Assembly (NCBI GenBank): GCA_965235115.1
Contig: OZ249436.1
Span: 372,001 to 436,000 of the forward strand
Reading direction: 5' to 3'
Length of the DNA: 64,000 nt
DNA from: Laetmonice hystrix
Lineage: Eukaryota
The notes below the pieces were generated by a model. That model had not been told where the DNA came from. It saw only the letters and a list, made by a program, of their open reading frames with translations, and ran no database searches. Shown in pieces: positions 1-10,300 of this stretch. The position numbers were made by a program, and so were the translations under genes. Position 1 is the first letter of the stretch. Each line of letters begins with the position of its first letter.

Positions 1-275
1 TTTAAATATCTCTGTTGCTGAGGTGTCCACATCGGTGGGCATCTCCTCCCTAAATTTCATCAAGATATCTCAAAAACTCACCGAGTTATGAATACTGCTT
101 TACCACTACCTAAATGACACACAACCGTGCAAGATGTTGAAAAAAAGCAGAAGAAAAAAAAAATTCCCATTCCACATGAGAGCGAAGAGGGACAATCTAT
201 CGGATGATCATTGTAATAAACCGGAAACCCGACATTTCAGAATTCCGCTCGTCCCTTTAGTGAGGAGCGGAATTT
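1..275 (+). mobile_element. Probable 3' end of a non-autonomous Helentron-associated (HINE/DINE-1-like) element
   Basis: The AAATTTCATCAAGATATCTC...GAGTTATG motif resembles HINE-type cores (from memory, not searched). It is followed by an A-rich tract (140-162) and a terminal hairpin with perfect 10-bp arms, AATTCCGCTC (241-250) / GAGCGGAATT (265-274). Confidence 0.45.
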
Positions 276-654
276 AGAAATATCGGATTTCCCAAAGTAT
301 GCTATCAGAATAATAGTCTAAAACCCCAAAAATTGCAAGCTTCACGTTTGATTGATCTGCTCTTCTAAACTTTCCTATTTGTGGATGGCCCGCTTTCGGA
401 GTGACTGAAGGTTTGTGGACAACACGAATGGTGTCTTCTTACACAGAGGCACATTTCCAGGCAGGATATGTAAAGAAGCCTATTATGTCAGTGTTGGCAG
501 GACGCCTTTTACAGGTGTGTGTGATGTAGGAGTTTTTATACGCATTGAGCCACCGTACTTAGATTTGGAATTAACTTTTATTGACAAATAACGCAGAAAT
601 ACAAAGATATGAGATGAAAACATACGACCTCTAAAGGCGCCCTCTATCGTGGGG

Positions 655-670
655 TTGCCACCTAGCGGCA
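655..670 (-). promoter_or_regulatory. Candidate CTCF-binding motif
   Basis: The minus strand reads TGCCGCTAGGTGGCAA, which fits the CTCF core CCGCNAGGTGGCA. A weaker co-oriented match, ACGATAGAGGGCGC, lies at 637-650. Confidence 0.45.
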
Positions 671-979
671 CAGAGCTGACACACAGTCGGCTGGCACCTG
701 GCAATGGACTGACAGGAGGCCATTTGTAGGAAGGATAGCCAGAGATATAATAAGGAACTCACTAGTAGAATCATGTAACATTACTAATTGAGAGAGGAAA
801 GTAAGGGATGGAAGAAGGAAGAAAGGGTCGGATTGTTGCTCTCCATATTGCCTGCCAGACTCTGCAGCCATGATGGAACTGTCGACATCTAGGCTGACGA
901 TACTTGTATCGCATAACGTAGAAGTGCATAGGCCTATTGGTAGGAGAGAGCACATCTTCAGTACTTCAGATTTGAAATT

Positions 980-1427
980 CAGTGAGGCCAAAGTGTACAG
1001 TGAGGCCAAACAGTACACTGTGGGGCAAGTTGTGTGGGAGGCCAACCAGTAGAGTGAGAAGTCCCTAAATCTTACCGGCTGGCCTATAGTAGCCATGCAG
1101 ACACTACAGTGAGGTAGTGGAAAGGAAAGGTTCCAGGCCAGGAGCATCTAATGTTAAAATCTGGAGAAGATACTCAAATGAGAAGTGTACACATCACAAC
1201 CATATATCTGTAGCGAACGTACGAGACCTATACGTTTGACAGTTATACATCCGGCCAAAGAATAATAATTTTGGGGTGCGGAGGTTCAATTTGACGTACC
1301 AAAAATGTAGCCATTTTTCGCTTATCATTGCTTTAACCTGTCTCTCGCCTAAGAGCCACAGGTGCCTGCCAGCCCGGCAGGTGTACGTGGTGATTCCACC
1401 GCTGGCCGGAAGGCGGCAGTGCAGTCA
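980..1427 (-). repeat. Inverted partial monomer (long class) at the array edge
   Basis: Reverse complement of monomer positions 1743-2179 plus the 11-bp long-class insertion (448 = 437 + 11). For example GCTTTAACCTGTCTCTCGCCTAAGAGCCACAGG is the reverse complement of CCTGTGGCTCTTAGGCGAGAGACAGGTTAAAGC. Confidence 0.97.
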
Positions 1428-1431
1428 AAAC

Positions 1432-1461
1432 GAAAAAATACACAGAGATGTTGCAGGCAGA
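1432..1461 (+). repeat. Short templated monomer fragment at the inversion junction
   Basis: GAAAAAATACACAGAGATGTTGCAGGCAGA matches the sequence just after the GAAA tract of the monomer but is out of register with both flanks. Confidence 0.9.
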
Positions 1462-1643
1462 GGCATGCCATACGTTTCGTCTATCATCTACTTCCATTTA
1501 ATCTGTGTCCCCTACAGACCATCTGTAAGCGTCCGACAACGTTGTCAGGTCGTCCCAATGATTGTTTGCCGTAAAGGTTTAGTTAATAAGTGCAAATGAC
1601 GTTGTACGCCTTTTCTATATCAGATATCCCATCCCCAAGTAAC

Positions 1644-1673
1644 AAAGAAAGAAAGAAAGAAAGAAAGAAAGAA
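1644..1673 (+). repeat. (GAAA)n microsatellite present in every monomer (first instance shown); variable length
   Basis: (GAAA)6 here, as few as 2 units in copies such as ~10380, and longest at ~46921-46958. It accounts for the 4-bp steps in monomer length. Confidence 0.98.
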
Positions 1674-1706
1674 TACACAGAGATGTTGCACGCAGAAAAC
1701 ACCAGG

Positions 1707-1834
1707 GTGCAGCGCAGCTCCACTGATGCGCGACGGCGGCGCTGACTGCACTGCCGCCTTCCGTCCGGCGGTGGAATCACCACGTACACCTGCCGGGCTG
1801 GCAGGCACCTGTGGCTCTTAGGCGAGAGACAGGT
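1707..1834. other. GC-rich multi-hairpin core of the monomer (first instance shown)
   Basis: Complementary arms: GGCGGC/GCCGCC; CCGCC/GGCGG; GTGG/CCAC; CCTGCC (1789-1794)/GGCAGG (1800-1805); ACCTGT (1807-1812)/ACAGGT (1829-1834) with inner CTCT/AGAG. Confidence 0.7.
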
Positions 1835-2044
1835 TAAAGCAATGATAATCGAAAAATGGGGTAGTCAAATTGAAACTACGCACCCCAAAATTATTATTCT
1901 TAGGCCAGATGTATAACTGTCAAGCGTATAGGTCTCGTACGTTCGCTACAGATAAATGGTTGTGATGTGTACACTTCCCATTTGAGTATCTTCTCCAGAT
2001 TTTAACATTAGATGCTCCTCGCCTGGAACCTTTCATTGCCGCTA

Positions 2045-2300
2045 CCTCACTGTAGTGTCTGCATGGCTACTATAGGCCAGCCGGTAAGATTTAGGGACTT
2101 CTCACTCTACTGGTTGGCCTCCCACACAACTTGCCCCACAGTGTACTGTTTGGCCTCACTGTACACTTTGGCCTCACTGTAGTGTTCGCTTGGATGCTAG
2201 ACCAGCCAGTAATACCTTGTAGGGATTCCTGCCTGTACTGTTTGGCCTCCCTGTACCGTTTGCTTGTATACAAGAGTTGCCAGTAGTATAGGGACGCCTT
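2045..2300 (+). repeat. Three degenerate ~74-bp subrepeats plus 18-bp TGTAC..TTTGGCCTCAC units inside the monomer (first instance shown)
   Basis: 2045-2117 CCTCACTGTAGTGTCTGCATGG..TAGGCCAGCCGGTAA..TAGGGAC..TACTGGTTGG; 2172-2245 CCTCACTGTAGTGTTCGCTTGG..TAG(A/G)CCAGCCAGTAA..TAGGGAT..TACTGTTTGG; 2246-2300 CCTCCCTGTA..GCTTG..GCCAGTA..TAGGGAC. Confidence 0.85.
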
Positions 2301-3393
2301 ATGTTTCATGTTTCCATGCCTTTATTGTCCAGGAGGCAGGCCATACGTTTCGTCTATCATCTACTTCCATCTAATCTGTGTCCCCTACAGACCATCTGTA
2401 AGCGTCCGACAACGTTGTCAGGTCGTCCCAATGATCGTTTGCCGTAAAGGTTTAGTTAACAATGGCAAATGACGTTGTACGCCTTTTCTATATCAGATAT
2501 CTCATCCCCAAGTAACAAATAAAGAAAGAAAGAAAGAATACACAGAAATGTTGCAGGCAGAAAACACCAGGGTGCAGCGCAGTTCCACTGAAGCGCGACG
2601 GCGGCGCTGACTGCACTGCCGCCTTCCGGCCAGCGGTGGAATCACCACGTACACCTGCCGGGCTGGCAGGCACCTGTGGCTCTTAGGCGATAGACAGGTT
2701 AAAGCAATGATAAGCGAAAAATGGCTACATTTTTGGTACGTCAAACTGAAACTACGCACCCCAAAATTATTATTCTTTGGCCAGATGTATAACTGTCAAA
2801 CGTATAGGTCTCGTACGTTCGCTACAGATATATGGTTGTGATGTGTACACTTCTCATTTGAGTATCTTCTCCAGATTTTAACATTAGATGCTCCTCGCCT
2901 GGAACCTTTCATTGCCGCTACCTCACTGTAGCATCTGCATGGCTACTATACGCCAGCCGGTAAGATTTAGGGACTTCTCACTCTACTGGTTGTCCTCCCA
3001 CACAACTTGCCCCACAGTGTACTATTTGGCCTCACTGTACACTTTGGCCTCACTGTAGTGTTCGCTTGGATTCTAGGCCAGCCAGTAATACCTTGTAGGG
3101 ATTCCTGCCTGTACTGTTTGGCCTCCCTATACCGTTTGCTTGTATACAAGAGTTGCCAGTAGTATAGGGACGCCTCATGTTTCATGTTTCCATGCCTTTA
3201 TTGTCCAGGAGGCAGGCCATACGTTTCGTCTATCATCTACTTCCATCTAATCTGTGTCCCCTACAGACCATCTGTAAGCGTCCGACAACGTTGTCAGGTC
3301 GTCCCAATGATTGTTTGCCGTAAAGGTTTAGTTAACAATGGCAAATGACGTTGTACGCCTTTTCTATATCAGATATCCCATCCCCAAGTAACA

Positions 3394-3425
<32 letters not shown>

Positions 3426-4270
3426 ATACACAGAGATGTTGCACGCAGAAAACACCAGGGTGCAGCGCAGCTCCACTGAAGCGCGACGGTGGCGCTGACT
3501 GCACTGCCGCCTTCCGTCCGGCGGTGGAATCACCACGTACACCTGCCGGGCTGGCAGGCACCTCTGGCTCTTAGGCGAGAGACAGGTTAAAGCAATGATA
3601 ATCGAAAAATGGGGTAGTCAAATTGAAACTACGCACCCGAAAATTATTATTCTTAGGCCAGATGTATAACTGTCAAGCGTATAGGTCTCGTACGTTCGCT
3701 ACAGATAAATGGTTGTGATGTGTACACTTCCCATTTGAGTATCTTCTCCAGATTTTAACATTAGATGCTCCTCGCCTGGAACCTTTCATTGCCGCTACCT
3801 CACTGTAGTGTCTGCATGGCTACTATAGGCCAGCCGGTAAGATTTAGGGACTTCTCACTCTACTGGTTGGCCTCCCACACAACTTGCCCCACAGTGTACT
3901 GTTTGGCCTCACTGTACACTTTGGCCTCACTGTAGTGTTCGCTTGGATGCTAGACCAGCCAGTAATACCTTGTAGGGATTCCTGCCTGTACTGTTTGGCC
4001 TCCCTGTACCGTTTGCTTGTATACAAGAGTTGCCAGTAGTATAGGGACGCCTTATGTTTCATGTTTCCATGCCTTTATTGTCCAGGAGGCAGGCCATACG
4101 TTTCGTCTATCATCTACTTCCATCTAATCTGTGTCCCCTACAGACCATCTGTAAGCGTCCGACAACGTTGTCAGGTCTTCCCAATGATTGTTTGCCGTAA
4201 AGGTTTAGTTAACAATGGCAAATGACGTTGTACGCCTTTTCTATATCAGATATCCCATCCCCAAGTAACA

Positions 4271-4302
<32 letters not shown>

Positions 4303-7300
4303 ATACACAGAGATGTTGCACGCAGAAAACACCAGGGTGCAGCGCAGCTCCACTGAAGCGCGACGGTGGCGCTGACTGCACTGCCGCCTTCCGTCCGGCG
4401 GTGGAATCACCACGTACACCTGCCGGGCTGGCAGGCACCTCTGGCTCTTAGGCGAGAGACAGGTTAAAGCAATGATAATCGAAAAATGGGGTAGTCAAAT
4501 TGAAACTACGCACCCGAAAATTATTATTCTTAGGCCAGATGTATAACTGTCAAGCGTATAGGTCTCGTACGTTCGCTACAGATAAATGGCTGTGATGTGT
4601 ACACCTCCCATTTGAGTATCTTCTCCAGATTTTAACATTAGATGCTCCTGGCCTGGAACCTTTCATTGCCGCTACCTCACTGTAGTGTCTGCATGGCTAC
4701 TATAGGCCAGCCGGTAAGATTTAGGGACTTCTCACTCTACTGGTTGGCCTCCCACACAACTTGCCCCACAGTGTACTGTTTGGCCTCAGTGTACACTTTG
4801 GCCTCACTGTAGTGTTCGCTTGGATGCTAGACCAGCCAGTAATACCTTGTAGGGATTCCTGCCTGTACTGTTTGGCCTCCCTGTACCGTTTGCTTGTATA
4901 GAAGAGTTGCCAGTAGTATAGGGACGCCTCATGTTTCATGTTTCCATGCCTTTATTGTCCAGGAGGCAGGCCATACGTCTCGTCTATCATCTACTTCCAT
5001 CTAATCTGTGTCCCCTACAGACCATCTGTAAGCGTCCGACAACGTTGTCAGGTCGTCCCAATGATTGTTTGCCGTAAAGGTTTAGTTAACAATGGCAAAT
5101 GACGTTGTACGCCTTTTCTATATCAGATATCCTGTCCCCAAGTAACAAATAAAGAAAGAAAGAAAGAATACACAGAAATGTTGCAGGCAGAAAACACCAG
5201 GGTGCAGCGCAGTTCCACTGAAGCGCGACGGCGGCGCTGCCTGCACTGCCGCCTTCCGGCCAGCGGTGGAATCACCACGTACACCTGCCGGGCTGGCAGG
5301 CACCTGTGGCTCTTAGGCGATAGACAGGTTAAAGCAATGATAAGCGAAAAATGGCTACATTTTTGGTACGTCAAACTGAAACTACGCACCCCAAAATTAT
5401 TATTCTTTGGCCAAATGTATAACTGTCAAACGTATAGGTCTCGTACGTTCGCTACAGATATATGGTTGTGATGTGTACACTTCTCATTTGAGTATCTTCT
5501 CCAGATTTTAACATTAGATGCTCCTCGCCTGGAACCTTTCATTGCCGCTACCTCACTGTAGCATCTGCATGGCTACTATACGCCAGCCGGTAAGATTTAG
5601 GGACTTCTCACTCTACTGGTTGTCCTCCCACACAACTTGCCCCACAGTGTACTATTTGGCCTCACTGTACACTTTGGCCTCACTGTAGTGTTCGCTTGGA
5701 TTCTAGGCCAGCCAGTAATACCTTGTAGGGATTCCTGCCTGTACTGTTTGGCCTCCCTATACCGTTTGCTTGTATACAAGAGTTGCCAGTAGTATAGGGA
5801 CGCCTCATGTTTCATGTTTCCATGCCTTTATTGTCCAGGAGGCAGGCCATACGTTTCGTCTATCATCTACTTCCATCTAATCTGTGTCCCCTACAGACCA
5901 TCTGTAAGCGTCCGACAACGTTGTCAGGTCGTCCCAATGATTGTTTGCCGTAAAGGTTTAGTTAACAATGGCAAATGACGTTGTACGCCTTTTCTATATC
6001 AGATATCCCATCCCCAAGTAACAAAGAAAGAAAAAAGAAAGAAAGAAAGAAAGAATACACAGAGATGTTGCACGCAGAAAACACCAGGGTGCAGCGCAGC
6101 TCCACTGAAGCGCGACGGTGGCGCTGACTGCACTGCCGCCTTCCGTCCGGCGGTGGAATCACCACGTACACCTGCCGGGCTGGCAGGCACCTGTGGCTCT
6201 TAGGCGAGAGACAGCTTAAAGCAATGATAATCGAAAAAAGGGGTAGTCAAATTGAAACTACGTACCCCAAAATTATTATTCTTAGGCCAGATGTATAACT
6301 GTCAAGCGTATAGGTCTCGTACGTTCGCTACAGATATATGGTTGTGATGTGTACACTTCCCATTTGAGTATCTTCTCCAGATTTTAACATTAGATGCTCC
6401 TGGCCTGGAACCTTTCATTGCCGCTACCTCACTGTAGTGTCTGCATGGCTACTATAGGCCAGCCGGTAAGATTTAGGGACTTCTCACTCTACTGGTTGGC
6501 CTCCCAGACAACTTGCTCCACAGTGTACTGTTTGGCCTCACTGTACACTTTGGCCTCACTGTAGTGTTCGCTTGGATGCTAGGCCAGCCAGTAATACCTT
6601 GTAGGGATTCCTGCCTGTACTGTTTGGCCTCCCTGTACCGTTTGCTTGTATGCAAGAGTTGCCAGTAGTATAGGGACGCCTCATGTTTCATGTTTCCATG
6701 CCTTTATTGTCCAGGAGGCAGGCCATACGTTTCGTCTATCATCTACTTCCATCTAATCTGTGTCCCCTACAGACCATCTGTAAGCGTCCGACAACGTTGT
6801 CAGGTCGTCCCAATGATTGTTTGCCGTAAAGGTTTAGTTAACAATGGCAAATGACGTTGTACGCCTTTTCTATATCAGATATCCCATCCCCAAGTAACAA
6901 AGAAAGAAAGAAAGAAAGAAAGAAAGAATACACAGAGATGTTGCACGCAGAAAACACCAGGGTGCAGCGCAGCTCCACTGAAGCGCGACGGTGGCGCTGA
7001 CTGCACTGCCGCCTTCCGTCCGGCGGTGGAATCACCACGTACACCTGCCGGGCTGGCAGGCACCTCTGGCTCTTAGGCGAGAGACAGGTTAAAGCAATGA
7101 TAATCGAAAAATGGGGTAGTCAAATTGAAACTACGCACCCGAAAATTATTATTCTTAGGCCAGATGTATAACTGTCAAGCGTATAGGTCTCGTACGTTCG
7201 CTACAGATAAATGGTTGTGATGTGTACACTTCCCATTTGAGTATCTTCTCCAGATTTTAACATTAGATGCTCCTCGCCTGGAACCTTTCATTGCCGCTAC

Positions 7301-10300
7301 CTCACTGTAGTGTCTGCATGACTACTATAGGCCAGCCGGTAAGATTTAGGGACTTCTCACTCTACTGGTTGGCCTCCCACACAACTTGCCCCACAGTGTA
7401 CTGTTTGGCCTCACTGTACACTTTGGCCTCACTGTAGTGTTCGCTTGGATGCTAGACCAGCCAGTAATACCTTGTAGGGATTCCTGCCTGTACTGTTTGG
7501 CCTCCCTGTACCGTTTGCTTGTATAGAAGAGTTGCCAGTAGTATAGGGACGCCTCATGTTTCATGTTTCCATGCCTTTATTATCCAGGAGGCAGGCCATA
7601 CGTTTCGTCTATCATCTACTTCCATCTAATCTGTGTCCCCTACAGACCATCTATAAGCGTCCGACAACGTTGTCAGGTCGTCCCAATGATCGTTTGCCGT
7701 AAAGGTTTAGTTAACAATGGCAAATGACGTTGTACGCCTTTTCTATATCAGATATCCTGTCCCCAAGTAACAAATAAAGAAAGAAAGAAAGAATACACAG
7801 AAATGTTGCAGGCAGAAAACACCAGGGTGCAGCGCAGTTCCACTGAAGCGCGACGGCGGCGCTGCCTGCACTGCCGCCTTCCGGCCAGCGGTGGAATCAC
7901 CACGTACACCTGCCGGGCTGGCAGGCACCTGTGGCTCTTAGGCGATAGACAGGTTAAAGCAATGATAAGCGAAAAATGGCTACATTTTTGGTACGTCAAA
8001 TTGAAACTACGCACCCCAAAATTATTATTCTTTGGCCAGATGTATAACTGTCAAACGTATAGGTCTCGTACGTTCGCTACAGATATATGGTTGTGATGTG
8101 TACACTTCTCATTTGAGTATCTTCTCCAGATTTTAACATTAGATGCTCCTCGCCTGGAACCTTTCATTGCCGCTACCTCACTGTAGTGTCTGTATGGCTA
8201 CTATAGGCCAGCCGGTAAGATTTAGGGACTTCTCACTCTACTGGTTTGCCTCCCACACAACTTGCCCCACAGTGTACTATTTGGCCTCACTGTACACTTT
8301 GGCCTCACTGTAGTGTTCGCTTGGATTCTAGGCCAGCCAGTAATACATTGTAGGGATTCCTGCCTGTACTGTTTGGCCTCCCTGTACCGTTTGCTTGTAT
8401 ACAAGAGTTGCCAGTAGTATAGGGACGCCTCATGTTTCCTGTTTCCATGCCTTTATTGTCCAGGAGGCAGGCCATACGTTTCGTCTATCATCTACTTCCA
8501 TCTAATCTGTGTCCCCTACAGACCATCTGTAAGCGTCCGACAACGTTGTCAGGTCGTCCCAATGATTGTTTGCCGTATAGGTTTAGTTAACAATGGCAAA
8601 TGACGTTGTACGCCTTTTCTATATCAGATATCCCATCCCCAAGTAACAAAGAAAGAAAGAAAGAAAGAATACACAGAGATGTTGCACGCAGAAAACACCA
8701 GGGTGCAGCGCAGCTCCACTGAAGCGCGACGGTGGCGCTGACTGCACTGCCGCCTTCCGTCCGGCGGTGGAATCACCACGTACACCTGCCGGGCTGGCAG
8801 GCACCTGTGGCTCTTAGGCGAGAGACAGGTTAAAGCAATGATAATCGAAAAAAGGGGTAGTCAAATTGAAACTACGTACCCCAAAATTATTATTCTTAGG
8901 CCAGATGTATAACTGTCAAGCGTATAGGTCTCGTACGTTCGCTACAGATATATGGTTGTGATGTGTACACTTCCCATTTGAGTATCTTCTCCAGATTTTA
9001 ACATTAGATGCTCCTGGCCTGGAACCTTTCATTGCCGCTACCTCACTGTAGTGTCTGCATGGCTACTATAGGCCAGCCGGTAAGATTTAGGGACTTCTCA
9101 CTCTACTGGTTGGCCTCCCAGACAACTTGCTCCACAGTGTACTGTTTGGCCTCACTGTACACTTTGGCCTCACTGTAGTGTTCGCTTGGATGCTAGGCCA
9201 GCCAGTAATACCTTGTAGGGATTCCTGCCTGTACTGTTTGGCCTCCCTGTACCATTTGCTTGTATGCAAGAGTTGCCAGTAGTATAGGGACGCCTCATGT
9301 TTCATGTTTCCATGCCTTTATTGTCCAGGAGGCAGGCCATACGTTTCGTCTATCATCTACTTCCATCTAATCTGTGTCCCCTACAGACCATCTGTAAGCG
9401 TCCGACAACGTTGTCAGGTCGTCCCAATGATTGTTTGCCGTAAAGGTTTAGTTAACAATGGCAAATGACGTTGTACGCCTTTTCTATATCAGATATCTCA
9501 TCCCCAAGTACCAAAGAAAGAAAGAAAGAAAGAAAGAATACACAGAGATGTTGCACGCAGAAAACACCAGGGTGCAGCGCAGCTCCACTGAAGCGTGACG
9601 GCGGCGCTCACTGCACTGCCGCCTTCCGTCCGGCGGTGGAATCACCACGTACACCTGCCGGGCTGGCAGGCACCTGTGGCTCTTAGGCGAGAGACAGGTT
9701 AAAGCAACGATAAGCGAAAAATGGGGTAGTCAAATTGAAACTACGCACCCCAAAATTATTATTCTTAGGCCAGATGTATAACTGTCAAGCGCATAGGTCT
9801 CGTACGTTCGCTACAGATATATGGTTGTGATGTGTACAATTCCCATTTGAGTATCTTCTCCAGATTTTAACATTAGATGCTCCTCGCCAGTACCTTTCAT
9901 TTCCACTACCTCAATGTAGTGTCTGCATGGCTACTATAGGCCAGCCGGTAAGATTTAGGGACTTCTCACTCTACTGGTGGCCTCCCACACTACTTGCCCT
10001 ACAGTGTACTGTTTGGCCTAACTGTACACTTTGGCCTCACTGTAGTGTTCGCTTGGGTGCTAGGCCAGACAGTATACCTTGTAGGGATTCATGCCTGTAC
10101 TGTTTGGCCTCCCTGTACCGTTTGCTTGTATACAAGAGTAGCCAGTAGTATAGGGACGCCTCATGTTTCATGTTTCCATGCCTTTATTATCCAGGAGGCA
10201 GGCCATACGTTTCGTCTATCATCTACTCCCATCTAATCTGTGTCCCCTACAGACCATCTGTAAGCGTCCGACAACGTTGTCAGGTCGTCCCAATGACTGT

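Larger units (their letters stand above)
1460..2332. repeat. First forward monomer (873 bp, short class), used as the reference for sub-features
   Basis: GAGGCA(T/G)GCCATACGTTTCG at 1460 recurs at 2333. Confidence 0.95.

Noticed and set aside
253..265. CCCTTTAGTGAGG match to the phage T3 promoter (possible vector contamination)
   Set aside because: Only 13 nt, lying in a hairpin loop, with no adjacent vector or polylinker sequence.
483..1147. ORFs in the flank, including the 161-aa minus-strand ORF
   Set aside because: The longest begins within the inverted satellite fragment and runs into unrelated DNA. No recognisable domain.
1466..1495. Hammerhead-like minus-strand AGATGA...GACGAAAC
   Set aside because: The CUGANGA core is not intact (UAGAUGA), stem II is absent and no stems I/III were found.
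1604..1630. U5 loop-I-like CGCCTTTT
   Set aside because: It lacks the invariant GCCUUUUAC and a closing stem.
1672..1692. U6-like ACAGAGA box (ACAGAGATGTTGCA)
   Set aside because: No U6 5' stem, ISL or 3' region, and the motif is mutated (ACAGAAA) in several copies.
1792..1830. Alu/7SL-like GCCGGGC-TGGCAGGCACCTGT, and a minus-strand SRP helix-8-like CCGGAAGGCGGCAG nearby
   Set aside because: The matches are short, gapped and on opposite strands, and the rest of the 7SL/Alu sequence is absent.
2012..2030. HDV-ribozyme-like CTCCTCGC loop
   Set aside because: No P3/P1 pairing around it, and many copies read CTCCTGGC.
2091..2096. Telomeric TTAGGG
   Set aside because: Only one hexamer per monomer, not tandem.
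2727..2737. Sm-site-like ATTTTTGG (snRNA or spliced-leader gene array)
   Set aside because: It is deleted in 42 of 72 monomers, and the only good splice-donor-like GGTAAG lies downstream rather than just upstream as SL RNA requires.
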